From the NCBI GenBank assembly GCA_024654525.1, contig JANLHI010000032.1, forward strand, positions 172 to 64,171: a DNA stretch of 64,000 bases. The letters run 5' to 3'. This document shows, piece after piece, positions 55,141 to 64,000 of the stretch; position 1 is the stretch's first letter; each line of letters begins with the position of its first letter. This stretch comes from Patescibacteria group bacterium (GTDB taxonomy: Bacteria > Patescibacteriota > Minisyncoccia > UBA6257 > 2-01-FULL-56-20). The notes under the pieces were generated by a model that was given only the letters and a program-made list of their open reading frames with translations, was not told where the DNA came from and searched no databases. Made by a program: the position numbers and the translations under genes.

Positions 55141-57651
55141 TTAGCGGTAGAATATAAGTTGTGTTTTTGCAATAAGGCTTTCCCCGTCGTAAAAATTTAT
55201 CTCAAGAAGGTTTTGTTGTTTTGCATCATTAAGAGAAATGGAATGAGAAAACGGCATATTAGGAATGAATATTTTTTGTTCCGTTGCAACGAGATACCCG
55301 TTAAGGTTAATGCGGATATTATTTGCAACTCGAGTTCCCGTAAGATGTCCTTGTATTGAAATTGTTGATTCTTGGACTACCGATCCGTTTTTTGGAAAGT
55401 CTATATATGCACCCGAAGCAGTAAGCGTGGATGTGGTGTTTTCAAATATAGGAACTGTTCCTGCATTGTAGCTAGCAAAGTCAGGGATATTTTGAGATGC
55501 CCAATGTAATACGCCGACTTCCCAGTTTTCAAACTGAGGGTCAAAAGAAGGATCTTGGGGAGTCGGTCCAGAAGGATTTCCTTTATCAACGGAATATAAG
55601 ATTGTGTGAATCTGACGGTTTGAAAGATAATCGCCTGCAAGAATGGGTTTTGTAGTAACCACCGGATCAGGGCGAGAAAATAATTCGATAGGAAAAGTTT
55701 TTATCGCATGGGCTTCTGAGAAAAAAGCGTGCCAAATCGGGACTGCGGCAAAAATACTCGATCCGTATTTATGGAGAGGAGAGTTGTCGTTATTTCCCGC
55801 CCACACGCCCACTACAAGCGATGGAGTATATCCTAACGTCCATGCATCCCGATAGTCATTCGAAGTACCCGTCTTGAGCGCTACGGTGCGATCAGGAAGT
55901 GTTGTGTATGATGTGCTGTTGCCGAAAAGAGCTCGACGAGCATTTATATCGGTAAGGATGTCGTTTACCATGCGAACATATTGAGCATCGACGATTCGTT
56001 CGCCGGCATCGCGAAACGATTCTATAATAGTGTTTGAACCGTCGCGAATCTCAAGAATGTAAGAAGAAGTGTGTCGGATGCCGTCATTAGCAAGTGTGGC
56101 ATACGCACTTACAAGGTCGGCAAGATAAATCGCTCCTCCTCCGAGAACAAGGGAAAGGCCATATGTTTCAGGGTTAGTGAGTGTGGTAATGCCGAATCGT
56201 TGTGCGTTAGCGATAACATTAGTCATTCCTGCAAGATAAAGAACTTTTACCGCGGGAATATTTCTCGATAATGCGAGTGCGCTTCTTAGTGTTATAGGTC
56301 CGCGGAAAAGGCCGTCAAAGTTGTGAGGGTGGAAACAGTTTAAAGAAGGGGCGCTTATCCCTGTTTCCGTGTTGTTTGGTAGAGGTATTGCAGGGCATTC
56401 AGGGTTGTTTGCAGTAAATTCTGTTTCTACGTCGAAAAGAATTGTTTCTGGAGTGTATCCTCGCTCAAATGCCGTGAGATATACAAACGGTTTTAGTGAT
56501 GACCCTGGTTGACGAAGTCCTTGTGTTGCGACGTTGAAATTACCTTCACGAGAGGAATCGAAATAATCTCGTGAGCCGGCAAGTGCAAGGACTTGTCCTG
56601 TTTTAGGGTCTTCCGCGACAAGAGCGGCGTTTGTTCCTCCATATAAATTCTCATTACGCTCCGCTCCTGCTTTTACTGTTTGCTCGGCAAGCTGTTGAAG
56701 ATCCCAATCGAGACTTGTAATTACTCGAAGGCCTCCTTTTTGAACCATATCCTCTCCGTATTTTTGTGTAAGATAGTCCTGTACAAGCATAGTAAAGTGC
56801 GGAGCTTTAATTGTTTGTCCCGGTGGGGCGAAGATAATTTCCTGCGAAAGTGCTTTTTCATATTCATCCTCGGTGAGCATGTTAAACTCTTTCATTTTTT
56901 TTAAAACAAATTGCTGGCGCGTAAGGAGTTCTGCGCGGTGATTCCCTCTCGGCGAATAATATGTCGGAGCTTTTGGAAGGGATGCGAGTATAGCCGCTTC
57001 CGCAATCGAAAGATCTTGAGCGCGCTTGTTGAAAAATGTTTCACTGGCTGCTTCAACGCCGTATGCGGTGGGACCGTACGGTATTTCATTCAGATATAAT
57101 TCGAGGATTTCATCCTTGGAATAATGACGATTTAAATCAGTGGCAAGAATAAGCTCTTTAAGTTTTCGAGTAATGGTTTGCTCTGGAGTAAGAAAGGCGT
57201 TTTTGGCGAGTTGTTGAGTAATAGTTGATCCTCCTTGCACAATTTTTCCATTGCGCACATTCGCGAGAAAAGAGCGTAAAATAGCTTTCCAATCAAAGGC
57301 GGGTTCGGTATAGAAACGATCGTCCTCAACAGCGATGGTGGCGTTTCGAAGGTATTGGGGAATGTCCGCAAGAGGAATTATCGTTCTTCGTTCTCCTCCG
57401 CTTATTTCATAAAGCACCACTTCTCCAGTGCGGTCATATATTTTTGTCGATTGGACTACTTGGCGGTGTGTTATTTGTTCTACCGACGGGAGATCGCTAC
57501 GAAGTGTGTTGTAGAGGATGATCCCTGTTATTATTGCTATCACCCCACCGATGAGTGTGAGTAGTAATACCCCCCATAAAATTTTAGAGATGAGACTACG
57601 AGGGTGTCGCGTATGTTTTTTAGAATGATGAGGCGTAGGATGCATATTCAT
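55141..57651 (-). CDS. Class A penicillin-binding protein 1A (transglycosylase plus transpeptidase) with a C-terminal extension.
   Basis: 836 aa. N-terminal TM helix, GT51 motifs EDDRFYTEP, GGSTITQQLAKN and RKLKE, transpeptidase SSLKPF, SRN and KTGT. Confidence 0.92.
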   Translation of the reverse strand: MNMHPTPHHSKKHTRHPRSLISKILWGVLLLTLIGGVIAIITGIILYNTLRSDLPSVEQITHRQVVQSTKIYDRTGEVVLYEISGGERRTIIPLADIPQYLRNATIAVEDDRFYTEPAFDWKAILRSFLANVRNGKIVQGGSTITQQLAKNAFLTPEQTITRKLKELILATDLNRHYSKDEILELYLNEIPYGPTAYGVEAASETFFNKRAQDLSIAEAAILASLPKAPTYYSPRGNHRAELLTRQQFVLKKMKEFNMLTEDEYEKALSQEIIFAPPGQTIKAPHFTMLVQDYLTQKYGEDMVQKGGLRVITSLDWDLQQLAEQTVKAGAERNENLYGGTNAALVAEDPKTGQVLALAGSRDYFDSSREGNFNVATQGLRQPGSSLKPFVYLTAFERGYTPETILFDVETEFTANNPECPAIPLPNNTETGISAPSLNCFHPHNFDGLFRGPITLRSALALSRNIPAVKVLYLAGMTNVIANAQRFGITTLTNPETYGLSLVLGGGAIYLADLVSAYATLANDGIRHTSSYILEIRDGSNTIIESFRDAGERIVDAQYVRMVNDILTDINARRALFGNSTSYTTLPDRTVALKTGTSNDYRDAWTLGYTPSLVVGVWAGNNDNSPLHKYGSSIFAAVPIWHAFFSEAHAIKTFPIELFSRPDPVVTTKPILAGDYLSNRQIHTILYSVDKGNPSGPTPQDPSFDPQFENWEVGVLHWASQNIPDFASYNAGTVPIFENTTSTLTASGAYIDFPKNGSVVQESTISIQGHLTGTRVANNIRINLNGYLVATEQKIFIPNMPFSHSISLNDAKQQNLLEINFYDGESLIAKTQLIFYR

Positions 57652-57789
57652 ATAATAGAGGTCTTTGATATTTTGCCATAAACCCTCCGGAAAGAGGAGT
57701 TTGCGAAAAGAGGACGAGAAGGAGTACTACAATAAAAATAAGAAAACCTCGCCCGAAGTGGGCGAGGCAAGAATCTTTCGATATACGTT

Positions 57790-57969
57790 TTATTCGTTAT
57801 TATCGAAACCTTCTTCGTTTTTTTCTCTTCGGCCTTCGACATCTTCTTCATCCAAAGGAAGCAACGTTTCTTCAGAATCATTACCAAACGTCATCGGGGC
57901 ATCGTCTCCCTCCACTTCTTCGTCGCTTAATCCCCGAGATGCTGACTGTATTTTATGATACTCCGTCAT
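57790..57969 (-). CDS. Possible small highly acidic protein (59 aa).
   Basis: Minus-strand ORF below the track's length cutoff: MTEYHKIQSASRGLSDEEVEGDDAPMTFGNDSEETLLPLDEEDVEGRREKNEEGFDNNE. No recognisable family. Could be non-coding. Confidence 0.2.
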   Translation of the reverse strand: MTEYHKIQSASRGLSDEEVEGDDAPMTFGNDSEETLLPLDEEDVEGRREKNEEGFDNNE

Positions 57970-58100
57970 GAGTAGCGAGGTGATCTCGACCTTTTTTCCT
58001 ATGTCTTCAATTTGTTATATACATCTAAAAAATGTTGTCAACTGTGAGAGAAGAGTTTCTGTGGATAGAAGTGGATTTGAAAACTGAGCAAAGGAATGAT

Positions 58101-58589
58101 TTATCTTTGAATATTTTTCTCAAAACTCTTTGAGAAATGCGCTGCAATCGCAATCGAGAGTGCATCCGTGGCATCATCAATTATTGAGAGTGAAGGGCAG
58201 TGTAGTATCAGACGAACCATTTTAGCCATTGATGTTTTATCTGCGAGGCCGTACCCCGTAAGATGAGACTTCACTTCGTTGGGACTGAACTCGGCAAGAA
58301 GAATTTTGTGTTCCGCGGCGGCGAGAAGCACAATCCCTCGTGCCTGAGCGACTGCGATTCCCGTAGTTTTATTTTTTGAGAAAAATATTTTTTCAACGGC
58401 TATGCCGTCGGGATGTGTAGTGGCGATGATGGTATCGAGAGAAATTTTTAAGTCGTGGAGTGCAAGATGAGGCTCGTGATGAGATACGGAGAGGAGTCCT
58501 GCATCAATATATTGGCAATCGTCACGCATAGTGCGTATGAGTCCATATCCCATACGATGCGTGCCGGGATCAATTCCTAAAATAATCAT
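58101..58589 (-). CDS. ruvC: Crossover junction endodeoxyribonuclease RuvC.
   Basis: Start at MIILGIDPGT (catalytic Asp), then GYGLI. The listed ORF extends to 58628. Confidence 0.88.
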   Translation of the reverse strand: MIILGIDPGTHRMGYGLIRTMRDDCQYIDAGLLSVSHHEPHLALHDLKISLDTIIATTHPDGIAVEKIFFSKNKTTGIAVAQARGIVLLAAAEHKILLAEFSPNEVKSHLTGYGLADKTSMAKMVRLILHCPSLSIIDDATDALSIAIAAHFSKSFEKNIQR

Positions 58590-58631
58590 AATGTGTAATT
58601 TATACCCGACAACAACAACAGGTGTCACCTA

Positions 58632-59177
58632 TTATGTGTCGGTGGGTGAATGAGCGTTTGTAAATATTTCTTGTACATCAGGGTGATCTTCAAGCGAGGC
58701 GATAAGAGAGGAGAGTTGGGATGCATTTTCCTGTGAAAGTGAAATCGGAAACTTTGCAGAATGGATTCCCGGAGTTATTTCTTTGAATGCCCACTGAACA
58801 CTTCCCGGTTCTGCCCATTTACCTTCGTGTTTGACGAGTGTGCTTTTTACTTCCGAAACCGTCCTATTTCTATTATCACTCATTGCTATTATAAGAAGTG
58901 CTGTTCCGCCAGGACCATATGCTTCAAACATCAATTCTTCTACGGATTCTCCTGCGTCGCGAGCGCGCGTAATGGCGCGTTCAATGTGTGCGCTAGGGAC
59001 GTTTTGGGCACGCGCTTTCTCGATAGCGGTGCGGAGTCGTGGATTGAAATCCGGACTTTGCTCGTGGCGCGCGGCGACTGTTATTGCGGTAAGTAACTTT
59101 GAGAATATTGCGCCACGCTTTTTATCCGTCACTTCTTTTTTATGTTTAATTCCTGCCCAATGGGAGTGTCCTGCCAT
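58632..59177 (-). CDS. YebC/PmpR-family probable transcriptional regulator.
   Basis: Start MAGHSHWAGIKHKK, a near-invariant YebC N-terminus. About 181 aa, shorter than typical family members. The listed ORF extends to 59213. Confidence 0.85.
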   Translation of the reverse strand: MAGHSHWAGIKHKKEVTDKKRGAIFSKLLTAITVAARHEQSPDFNPRLRTAIEKARAQNVPSAHIERAITRARDAGESVEELMFEAYGPGGTALLIIAMSDNRNRTVSEVKSTLVKHEGKWAEPGSVQWAFKEITPGIHSAKFPISLSQENASQLSSLIASLEDHPDVQEIFTNAHSPTDT

Positions 59178-59295
59178 AACGACAGCATATAACTCTCTGT
59201 TTCCAATTTCCAATCCTTAAGATAATCCCGGAAGGATAACCAAATCATTTCTCTTCGCTTGAAGCATTGTGCCGTGGAGGTGTAGAATGCAATGA

Positions 59296-60972
59296 GTGAA
59301 TCATACTCAATCCATACCCCTTAAAGAAGAGCTGGATAAACTTCGCCGAGAAGGAGAAGAGCGTGCTGCTCAGCGTCGTGCTACCGAGCTTGGTCTTTCT
59401 TATGTGGATATCAGAAAAATCCCCACGTCATTCGAGGCGGTAACCGTAATTCCCGAAGATCAGGCACGAGGAGCGGAAGCGGTAGGATTGGAATCCAACG
59501 AGAAGGCATTGGTAATTGCGGTGGTTACGACGGAAAATAAAACAACTAAAGCGCTTCTTGAGGAGTTGAAAGTTCATTATTCTCCTCTTAAAGTAGTTAT
59601 TGCATCTCGTTCGGGGATTTCTCAGGTGTGGCATCTTTATTCTTTTGCGGTAAAAGAAGCAAAGGGGATTACGGGGCAAGTTGAATTTGAAGAGAAGCTT
59701 GGAAAGCTTATAAAAGAGCTTTCGAATTTTAAAACGGCACAAAAAACGTTTTCTTCTCTCGACTTTTCCAAAACATCGACAACAGAATTACTCGAGATGC
59801 TACTCGCGAGTGCACTTGCGAACAATGCATCGGATGTGCATTGCGAAGCCGAGGAAAAAGACGCCAAGTTTCGTCTTCGTATTGATGGACGATTGCATGA
59901 TGTTGCTTTGAGCATTCCGGTGAAAAACTATGTGAGTTTTCTTACTCGCATCAAACTTCTTTCCGGTCTCAAGCTGAATGTACGCAGTGAGGCGCAAGAT
60001 GGACGTTTCACCATTAAAGCTCCAGGAGGAAGTGATATAGAAATTCGGGTTTCTATTGTTCCGTCTGAATTTGGCGAAGCGATAGTGATGCGTCTTTTAG
60101 ATCCGAAAGTGACGCGTGTACAATTTTCCGAATTAGGATTAAGAGACGACGATCTTTTAATTGTGGATGCCGACCTTAAAAAACCGAATGGACTGATACT
60201 TAATACGGGTCCGACTGGTTCAGGGAAAACAACGACGTTGTATACTTTTTTGCGCAAGTTGAATGATCCGGAGGTAAAGATCATTACCGTTGAAGATCCA
60301 ATCGAGTATCGTGTTGAAGGAATTGAGCAAACACAAATAGACCCGGGAGCGGGGTATACCTTTGCAAGTGGGCTTCGTGCGATTGTGCGACAGGACCCCG
60401 ATGCGATTCTCGTGGGAGAAATTCGTGACGGAGAAACTGCGGATATCGCGCTTCAAGCGGCGCTTACGGGACACTTAGTGCTTTCTACATTACATACTAA
60501 CGATGCGGTTGGTGCGGTGCCACGGTTGGTTAATTTAGGGGTAAAACCGGGAACAATCAGTGCTGCATTATCACTGGTAATTGCACAAAGGCTTGTAAGA
60601 AAGCTTTGTGAGAAATGCAAAAAAGAAATTCCTCTTAACGAGGAATATAATGTGCGTATCAATGTTTTTTTGAAAAATCTTCCGGAGCGAGTGAAGAAGG
60701 ATAGTTATAGTCATCCGGTATTATATGAATCCGTGGGTTGTGATGCGTGTAACCACTTCGGCTATAAAGGAAGAATTGGCATCTTTGAATTTTTTCACGG
60801 AGGACAGAGTCTTGAAGAAGTAATACTTGAGGAAATTTCCGAAAATACGCTTGGACAACTTGCGGTGAAACAGGGTATGGTAACAATGCAACAAGACGGT
60901 ATTCTTAAATCACTACAGGGAATCACCAGTTTACAGGAGATTGAAGATGTTACTGGTCCTTTGAAGTGGTAA
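59296..60972 (+). CDS. pilB: Type II secretion/type IV pilus assembly ATPase (GspE/PilB family).
   Basis: 558 aa. Walker A GPTGSGKTTTL, Asp box, Walker B ILVGEIRD, His box LSTLHTND, tetracysteine CEKC...CDAC. GTG start. Confidence 0.9.
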   Translation: MNHTQSIPLKEELDKLRREGEERAAQRRATELGLSYVDIRKIPTSFEAVTVIPEDQARGAEAVGLESNEKALVIAVVTTENKTTKALLEELKVHYSPLKVVIASRSGISQVWHLYSFAVKEAKGITGQVEFEEKLGKLIKELSNFKTAQKTFSSLDFSKTSTTELLEMLLASALANNASDVHCEAEEKDAKFRLRIDGRLHDVALSIPVKNYVSFLTRIKLLSGLKLNVRSEAQDGRFTIKAPGGSDIEIRVSIVPSEFGEAIVMRLLDPKVTRVQFSELGLRDDDLLIVDADLKKPNGLILNTGPTGSGKTTTLYTFLRKLNDPEVKIITVEDPIEYRVEGIEQTQIDPGAGYTFASGLRAIVRQDPDAILVGEIRDGETADIALQAALTGHLVLSTLHTNDAVGAVPRLVNLGVKPGTISAALSLVIAQRLVRKLCEKCKKEIPLNEEYNVRINVFLKNLPERVKKDSYSHPVLYESVGCDACNHFGYKGRIGIFEFFHGGQSLEEVILEEISENTLGQLAVKQGMVTMQQDGILKSLQGITSLQEIEDVTGPLKW

Positions 60973-60977
60973 CCACC

Positions 60978-61128
60978 TTACATCTGAGGGCGTCCCTGAC
61001 GGGGTGTCGGGGGAGATTGGTTCTCTTTTCAGTGTGTGAAAAGAAGATAGAATTATTCCGAGGATGGGCCTCGCCGGAGCCAAGCCGTCCTAAAAAGGTT
61101 TAGGAACGATTCCTGCCCTCAGATGTAA
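60978..61128. other. 151-nt GC-rich structured element closed by 14-bp perfect inverted repeats. Candidate ncRNA or miniature inverted-repeat element.
   Basis: ttacatctgagggc at 60978-60991 pairs perfectly with gccctcagatgtaa at 61115-61128. Internal hairpin cttttc-agtgtgt-gaaaag and GC-rich segments between. Confidence 0.4.
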
Positions 61129-61246
61129 AGTGATTATATACTCACACCAGTATAGGGGGAGATGATAGCATAAAGACATTTTTTTGTCAATCCCCCGAAG
61201 AAAACGTGTAATGTGTCCAATTTTAACCTCGATACAATCAATTTTT

Positions 61247-62236
61247 ATGAAGCCGAATAAAGAAGAGGATATAAGCGTGGATCAAGCGCTTCGTCCCGGA
61301 ACATGGGATGCGTATGTGGGGCAGGAAAAGGTTCGACGTAACCTTCATATTATTATCGAGGCGGCAAAAAAAAGAGGAGAAGCCGCAGATCACCTTCTTT
61401 TTACCGGACCTGCGGGATTAGGAAAGACAACCCTTGCGTATCTTGTCGCGAAAGAACTTGATGCACCGCTTAAGGTGACTTCGGGGCCAGCCATAGAGAA
61501 GATGGGGGATCTCGCGGCGGTTCTTACAAATCTTGAACCGCGCGGAGTGCTTTTCATAGACGAAGCACATCGGATTAATCGAATGATAGAAGAGGTGCTG
61601 TATCCGGCGATGGAATCTCGCAAGCTTCATGTGATGGTGGGAAAGGGGCCAAGCGCACGGACGCTTATGCTTGACCTTTCTCCCTTCACACTTATTGCGG
61701 CAACCACACGTGAGAATCTTCTTTCTCAACCTCTTCGATCCCGTTTCGGTGCGACGTTCCGTCTCGGATATTATGGGGGAGACGATATTACAAAAATAAT
61801 TTCACGATCTGCGGGAATTTTAGGAGCCCCTATCGATGAACGTGCGGTTACGTTTCTTGCGAAGGCTTCACGCGGGACTCCGCGTGTGGCAAATCGGCTT
61901 TTAAGAAGGGCAAGGGATTATGCGGAAGTGCATGGAAAAAAAATTATCGATGAAGAAGTGGGGGAAAAAACATTATCGCTTCTCGAGATCGACGAATTAG
62001 GACTTGAGCCTCAAGACAGAAAACTTCTCGAGATTATTATTAAAAAATTCAGTGGAGGTCCCGTAGGAATTGGAACGCTTGCCGCGGCGCTTAGTGAGGA
62101 TCGCGGTGTTATCGAAGATATTTATGAACCTTATCTTATGACGCTTGGGTTTTTGCAACGATCGGCTGCGGGGCGTATTGCTCTTCCTCCGGCATATGAG
62201 CATTTAGGCATTACTCCTCGAGGAGACCTTTTGTAA
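61247..62236 (+). CDS. ruvB: Holliday junction branch migration ATPase RuvB.
   Basis: LRPGTWDAYVGQEKV, Walker A GPAGLGKTT, Walker B LFIDEAHR, sensor motifs, winged-helix C-terminus. Start taken at MKPNKEED; the listed ORF begins at 61184. Confidence 0.92.
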   Translation: MKPNKEEDISVDQALRPGTWDAYVGQEKVRRNLHIIIEAAKKRGEAADHLLFTGPAGLGKTTLAYLVAKELDAPLKVTSGPAIEKMGDLAAVLTNLEPRGVLFIDEAHRINRMIEEVLYPAMESRKLHVMVGKGPSARTLMLDLSPFTLIAATTRENLLSQPLRSRFGATFRLGYYGGDDITKIISRSAGILGAPIDERAVTFLAKASRGTPRVANRLLRRARDYAEVHGKKIIDEEVGEKTLSLLEIDELGLEPQDRKLLEIIIKKFSGGPVGIGTLAAALSEDRGVIEDIYEPYLMTLGFLQRSAAGRIALPPAYEHLGITPRGDLL

Positions 62237-62248
62237 TTTTATTCGCGC

Positions 62249-62716
62249 ATGAAAAGTTTTTCTTCGAAAGATACGGAGAAGTGCGGGTTTGAGGTGGCAA
62301 CACGTCTCGTGAAAAAAAAGAGACGTACGCGGGCGATCGTGGTGACGTTGCGGGGGCAACTTGGTACGGGAAAAACTACGTTTGTACGCGGGATGTTTCG
62401 GGCATTGAATGTTCGGAGGCGCGTCACAAGTCCCACATTTGTGCTTATGAAAAGATACCCCGCTCCTTTCGGGGTCAAAGGTGACGGAAATAATATTTGT
62501 GAGTTGTATCACCTCGATCTTTATCGCGTGCGTGGAAGTAGTATGGTAAAAGAGCTAAAACTTAAAGAAATATTACGTAATCCACAAAATCTTATTTGTA
62601 TAGAGTGGGCGGAGCACGGAGGGAGGTCTATTTTGAAAAATGTGGTGTGTGTGACGTTTGCGCATGGAGTATGCGAGAATGAAAGAATAATCACCGTGAG
62701 TTATGGCAAAAATTGA
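62249..62716 (+). CDS. tsaE: tRNA threonylcarbamoyladenosine biosynthesis ATPase TsaE (YjeE).
   Basis: 155 aa. Walker A GQLGTGKTTFVRG, TSPTFVLMKRY, YHLDLYR. Confidence 0.85.
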   Translation: MKSFSSKDTEKCGFEVATRLVKKKRRTRAIVVTLRGQLGTGKTTFVRGMFRALNVRRRVTSPTFVLMKRYPAPFGVKGDGNNICELYHLDLYRVRGSSMVKELKLKEILRNPQNLICIEWAEHGGRSILKNVVCVTFAHGVCENERIITVSYGKN

Positions 62717-64000
62717 AGATATCCACACTATTTTTCTTTTCGACGCAAATTCGCTTATTCATCGGGCGTTTCATGCGTTGCCTCCGCTTACCGCTCCCGA
62801 TGGCAGACCGGTACAGGCCGTCTATGGTGTTGCAAGTATTCTTTTAAAGCTTTGGAAGGAAGGACGTCCCCAATATGCCGCGGCGCTATTCGATAGACCT
62901 GAGCCGACATTTCGAAAAGAGAGATATGATGCATATAAAGCACAACGTGCAAAAGCTCCAGATGAATTGGTGTCTCAGATAATCGAGACGCACCGGCTTT
63001 TTGAAATGCTTGGTATCCCTGTTTTTGAACTTCCCGGTTGGGAGGCGGATGATTTAATTGCGACACTTGCGCGGACGCTCACGAAGAAAAATAAGAATGT
63101 GCGTGTAATTATTTTTACCGGAGATCTCGACACGTTACAGCTTGTTGAGGATGGGCGTATTGCGGTGAGAGCGTTGAAGACAGGGGTAAGCGAAACGATG
63201 TTATATGATGAAGCGGCGGTGAAAGCGCGTTATGGTCTTTCGCCCAAACAACTTCCCGATTATAAGGCGTTTGTGGGAGATCCATCTGACAATATAAAAG
63301 GTGTTCCTGGTATAGGGCCGAAGACTGCATCGAGTTTAGTGCTTCAGTTTGGGTCGCTTGAAAAAATATACGATGCCGCGGAAAAAGACGAGAAACTTGG
63401 AAAAAAGCTTTTGCCGTTTCGTGTCGATGCAGATCTTGCTAAAGAGTTGGTAGTGTTGCACGACAATGCGCCACTTGGAGATATTCCTCTCGATACACTT
63501 AAAGCGCGGGAAGATTTTGAAGGAGCAAGAAATTATTTTGAAAATTTGGGGTTTCGAGCGTTGTTGAAGCGGATGAATGGAGGTGTTTTATCTCGCAGTG
63601 AGGTGATATCTTCAGAGACTTCTTTATCGCACCGCACGGTAGTGAATTTTCCCGAATATTGTGTGCTTAAGGATACTCTTCCTGTCGAAATATTGGAATC
63701 CAAAAAAGTCAAAATCGGATTCAATCTGAAACAAAAACTTAAAAATCTTTGGGAGAGCGGGAAAGATTGCAGCCCTCCTTATTTCGATTGTGGCGTGGCG
63801 GCATGGCTTCTTGATCCCGATGCGAAAACATACGATCAGAATACGGTTATCCATCGGGCGTTTAAAACAACATGGAATGAAAATGAAGAAGAATATAGAA
63901 AAATATTCGAGAGAGAATATCGCATGCTTTTCGAATATGGACTTCTTGATATATTTGAAACTATAGAGATGCCTCTTCTTCGGGTATTGGGGGAGATGGA
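62703..64000 (+). CDS. polA: DNA polymerase I, 5'-3' exonuclease domain. The gene continues beyond the window.
   Basis: Open frame from ATG 62703 to the window end, overlapping the tsaE stop: MAKIEDIHTIFLFDANSLIHRAFHALPPLT...GWEADDLIATLA...FVGDPSDNIKGVPGIGPKTA. Confidence 0.85.
   Translation, partial: MAKIEDIHTIFLFDANSLIHRAFHALPPLTAPDGRPVQAVYGVASILLKLWKEGRPQYAAALFDRPEPTFRKERYDAYKAQRAKAPDELVSQIIETHRLFEMLGIPVFELPGWEADDLIATLARTLTKKNKNVRVIIFTGDLDTLQLVEDGRIAVRALKTGVSETMLYDEAAVKARYGLSPKQLPDYKAFVGDPSDNIKGVPGIGPKTASSLVLQFGSLEKIYDAAEKDEKLGKKLLPFRVDADLAKELVVLHDNAPLGDIPLDTLKAREDFEGARNYFENLGFRALLKRMNGGVLSRSEVISSETSLSHRTVVNFPEYCVLKDTLPVEILESKKVKIGFNLKQKLKNLWESGKDCSPPYFDCGVAAWLLDPDAKTYDQNTVIHRAFKTTWNENEEEYRKIFEREYRMLFEYGLLDIFETIEMPLLRVLGEM

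Noticed and set aside
62788-63854. Four minus-strand ORFs of 63-92 aa.
   Set aside because: All are antisense to the continuous polA reading frame, which carries clear 5'-3' exonuclease motifs through to the window end.

Overview
This 64 kb window looks like a streamlined, low-GC bacterial chromosome segment with a Patescibacteria/CPR-like gene repertoire. It uses the standard genetic code: TGA serves as a stop codon, for example at the tsaE/polA junction. The window covers the replication-origin neighbourhood, with rpmH-rnpA-yidC-jag on the minus strand diverging from dnaA-dnaN. There are perfect DnaA boxes and an AT-rich stretch between dnaA and dnaN.

Clearly recognisable housekeeping genes:
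- gyrA, an rpsA-like S1 protein, ftsH, tyrS, clpP, a membrane H+-pyrophosphatase and nusA.
- ruvC, a yebC-family regulator, ruvB, tsaE and a 5'-partial polA.
- dnaA, dnaN, a class A PBP, rsmA and a UvrD-like helicase.
- folD-glyA and dcd-dut pairs, two NUDIX hydrolases, a class-I glutamine amidotransferase and an SDR oxidoreductase.
- a ComM/YifB ATPase and a PilB/GspE ATPase.

Seven tRNAs were found by hand folding: Phe-GAA, Pro-TGG, Arg-TCT, Val-TAC, His-GTG, Gly-TCC and a rare Ile-TAT.

Observations worth a second look:
1. A co-directional, tightly packed roughly 14 kb operon (36.9-50.6 kb) encodes a type-IV-secretion-like apparatus. It has a VirB4/TrbE-family ATPase, a VirB3-like small membrane protein, a VirB6/TrbL-like polytopic protein with a long charged tail, pilin-like and secreted proteins, and a roughly 950-aa discoidin-domain surface protein. 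No relaxase or coupling protein is present. It sits immediately beside the origin genes.
2. The VirB4-like ATPase is split into two ORFs at an A5 homopolymer, where a single A insertion would restore one roughly 808-aa protein.
3. A roughly 470 bp intergenic array holds eight copies of a 16-bp palindrome TGTTTGTCGACAAACA. Six are convergent and two flanking copies are divergent, and the array also carries a perfect DnaA box. It lies upstream of a DksA/TraR zinc-finger gene and comM.
4. There is an in-frame fusion of glucose-6-phosphate dehydrogenase with a short-form 6-phosphogluconate dehydrogenase.
5. A 151-nt GC-rich element bounded by 14-bp perfect inverted repeats sits between pilB and ruvB.

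All calls rest on reading the translations and the DNA by eye. No database searches were run.
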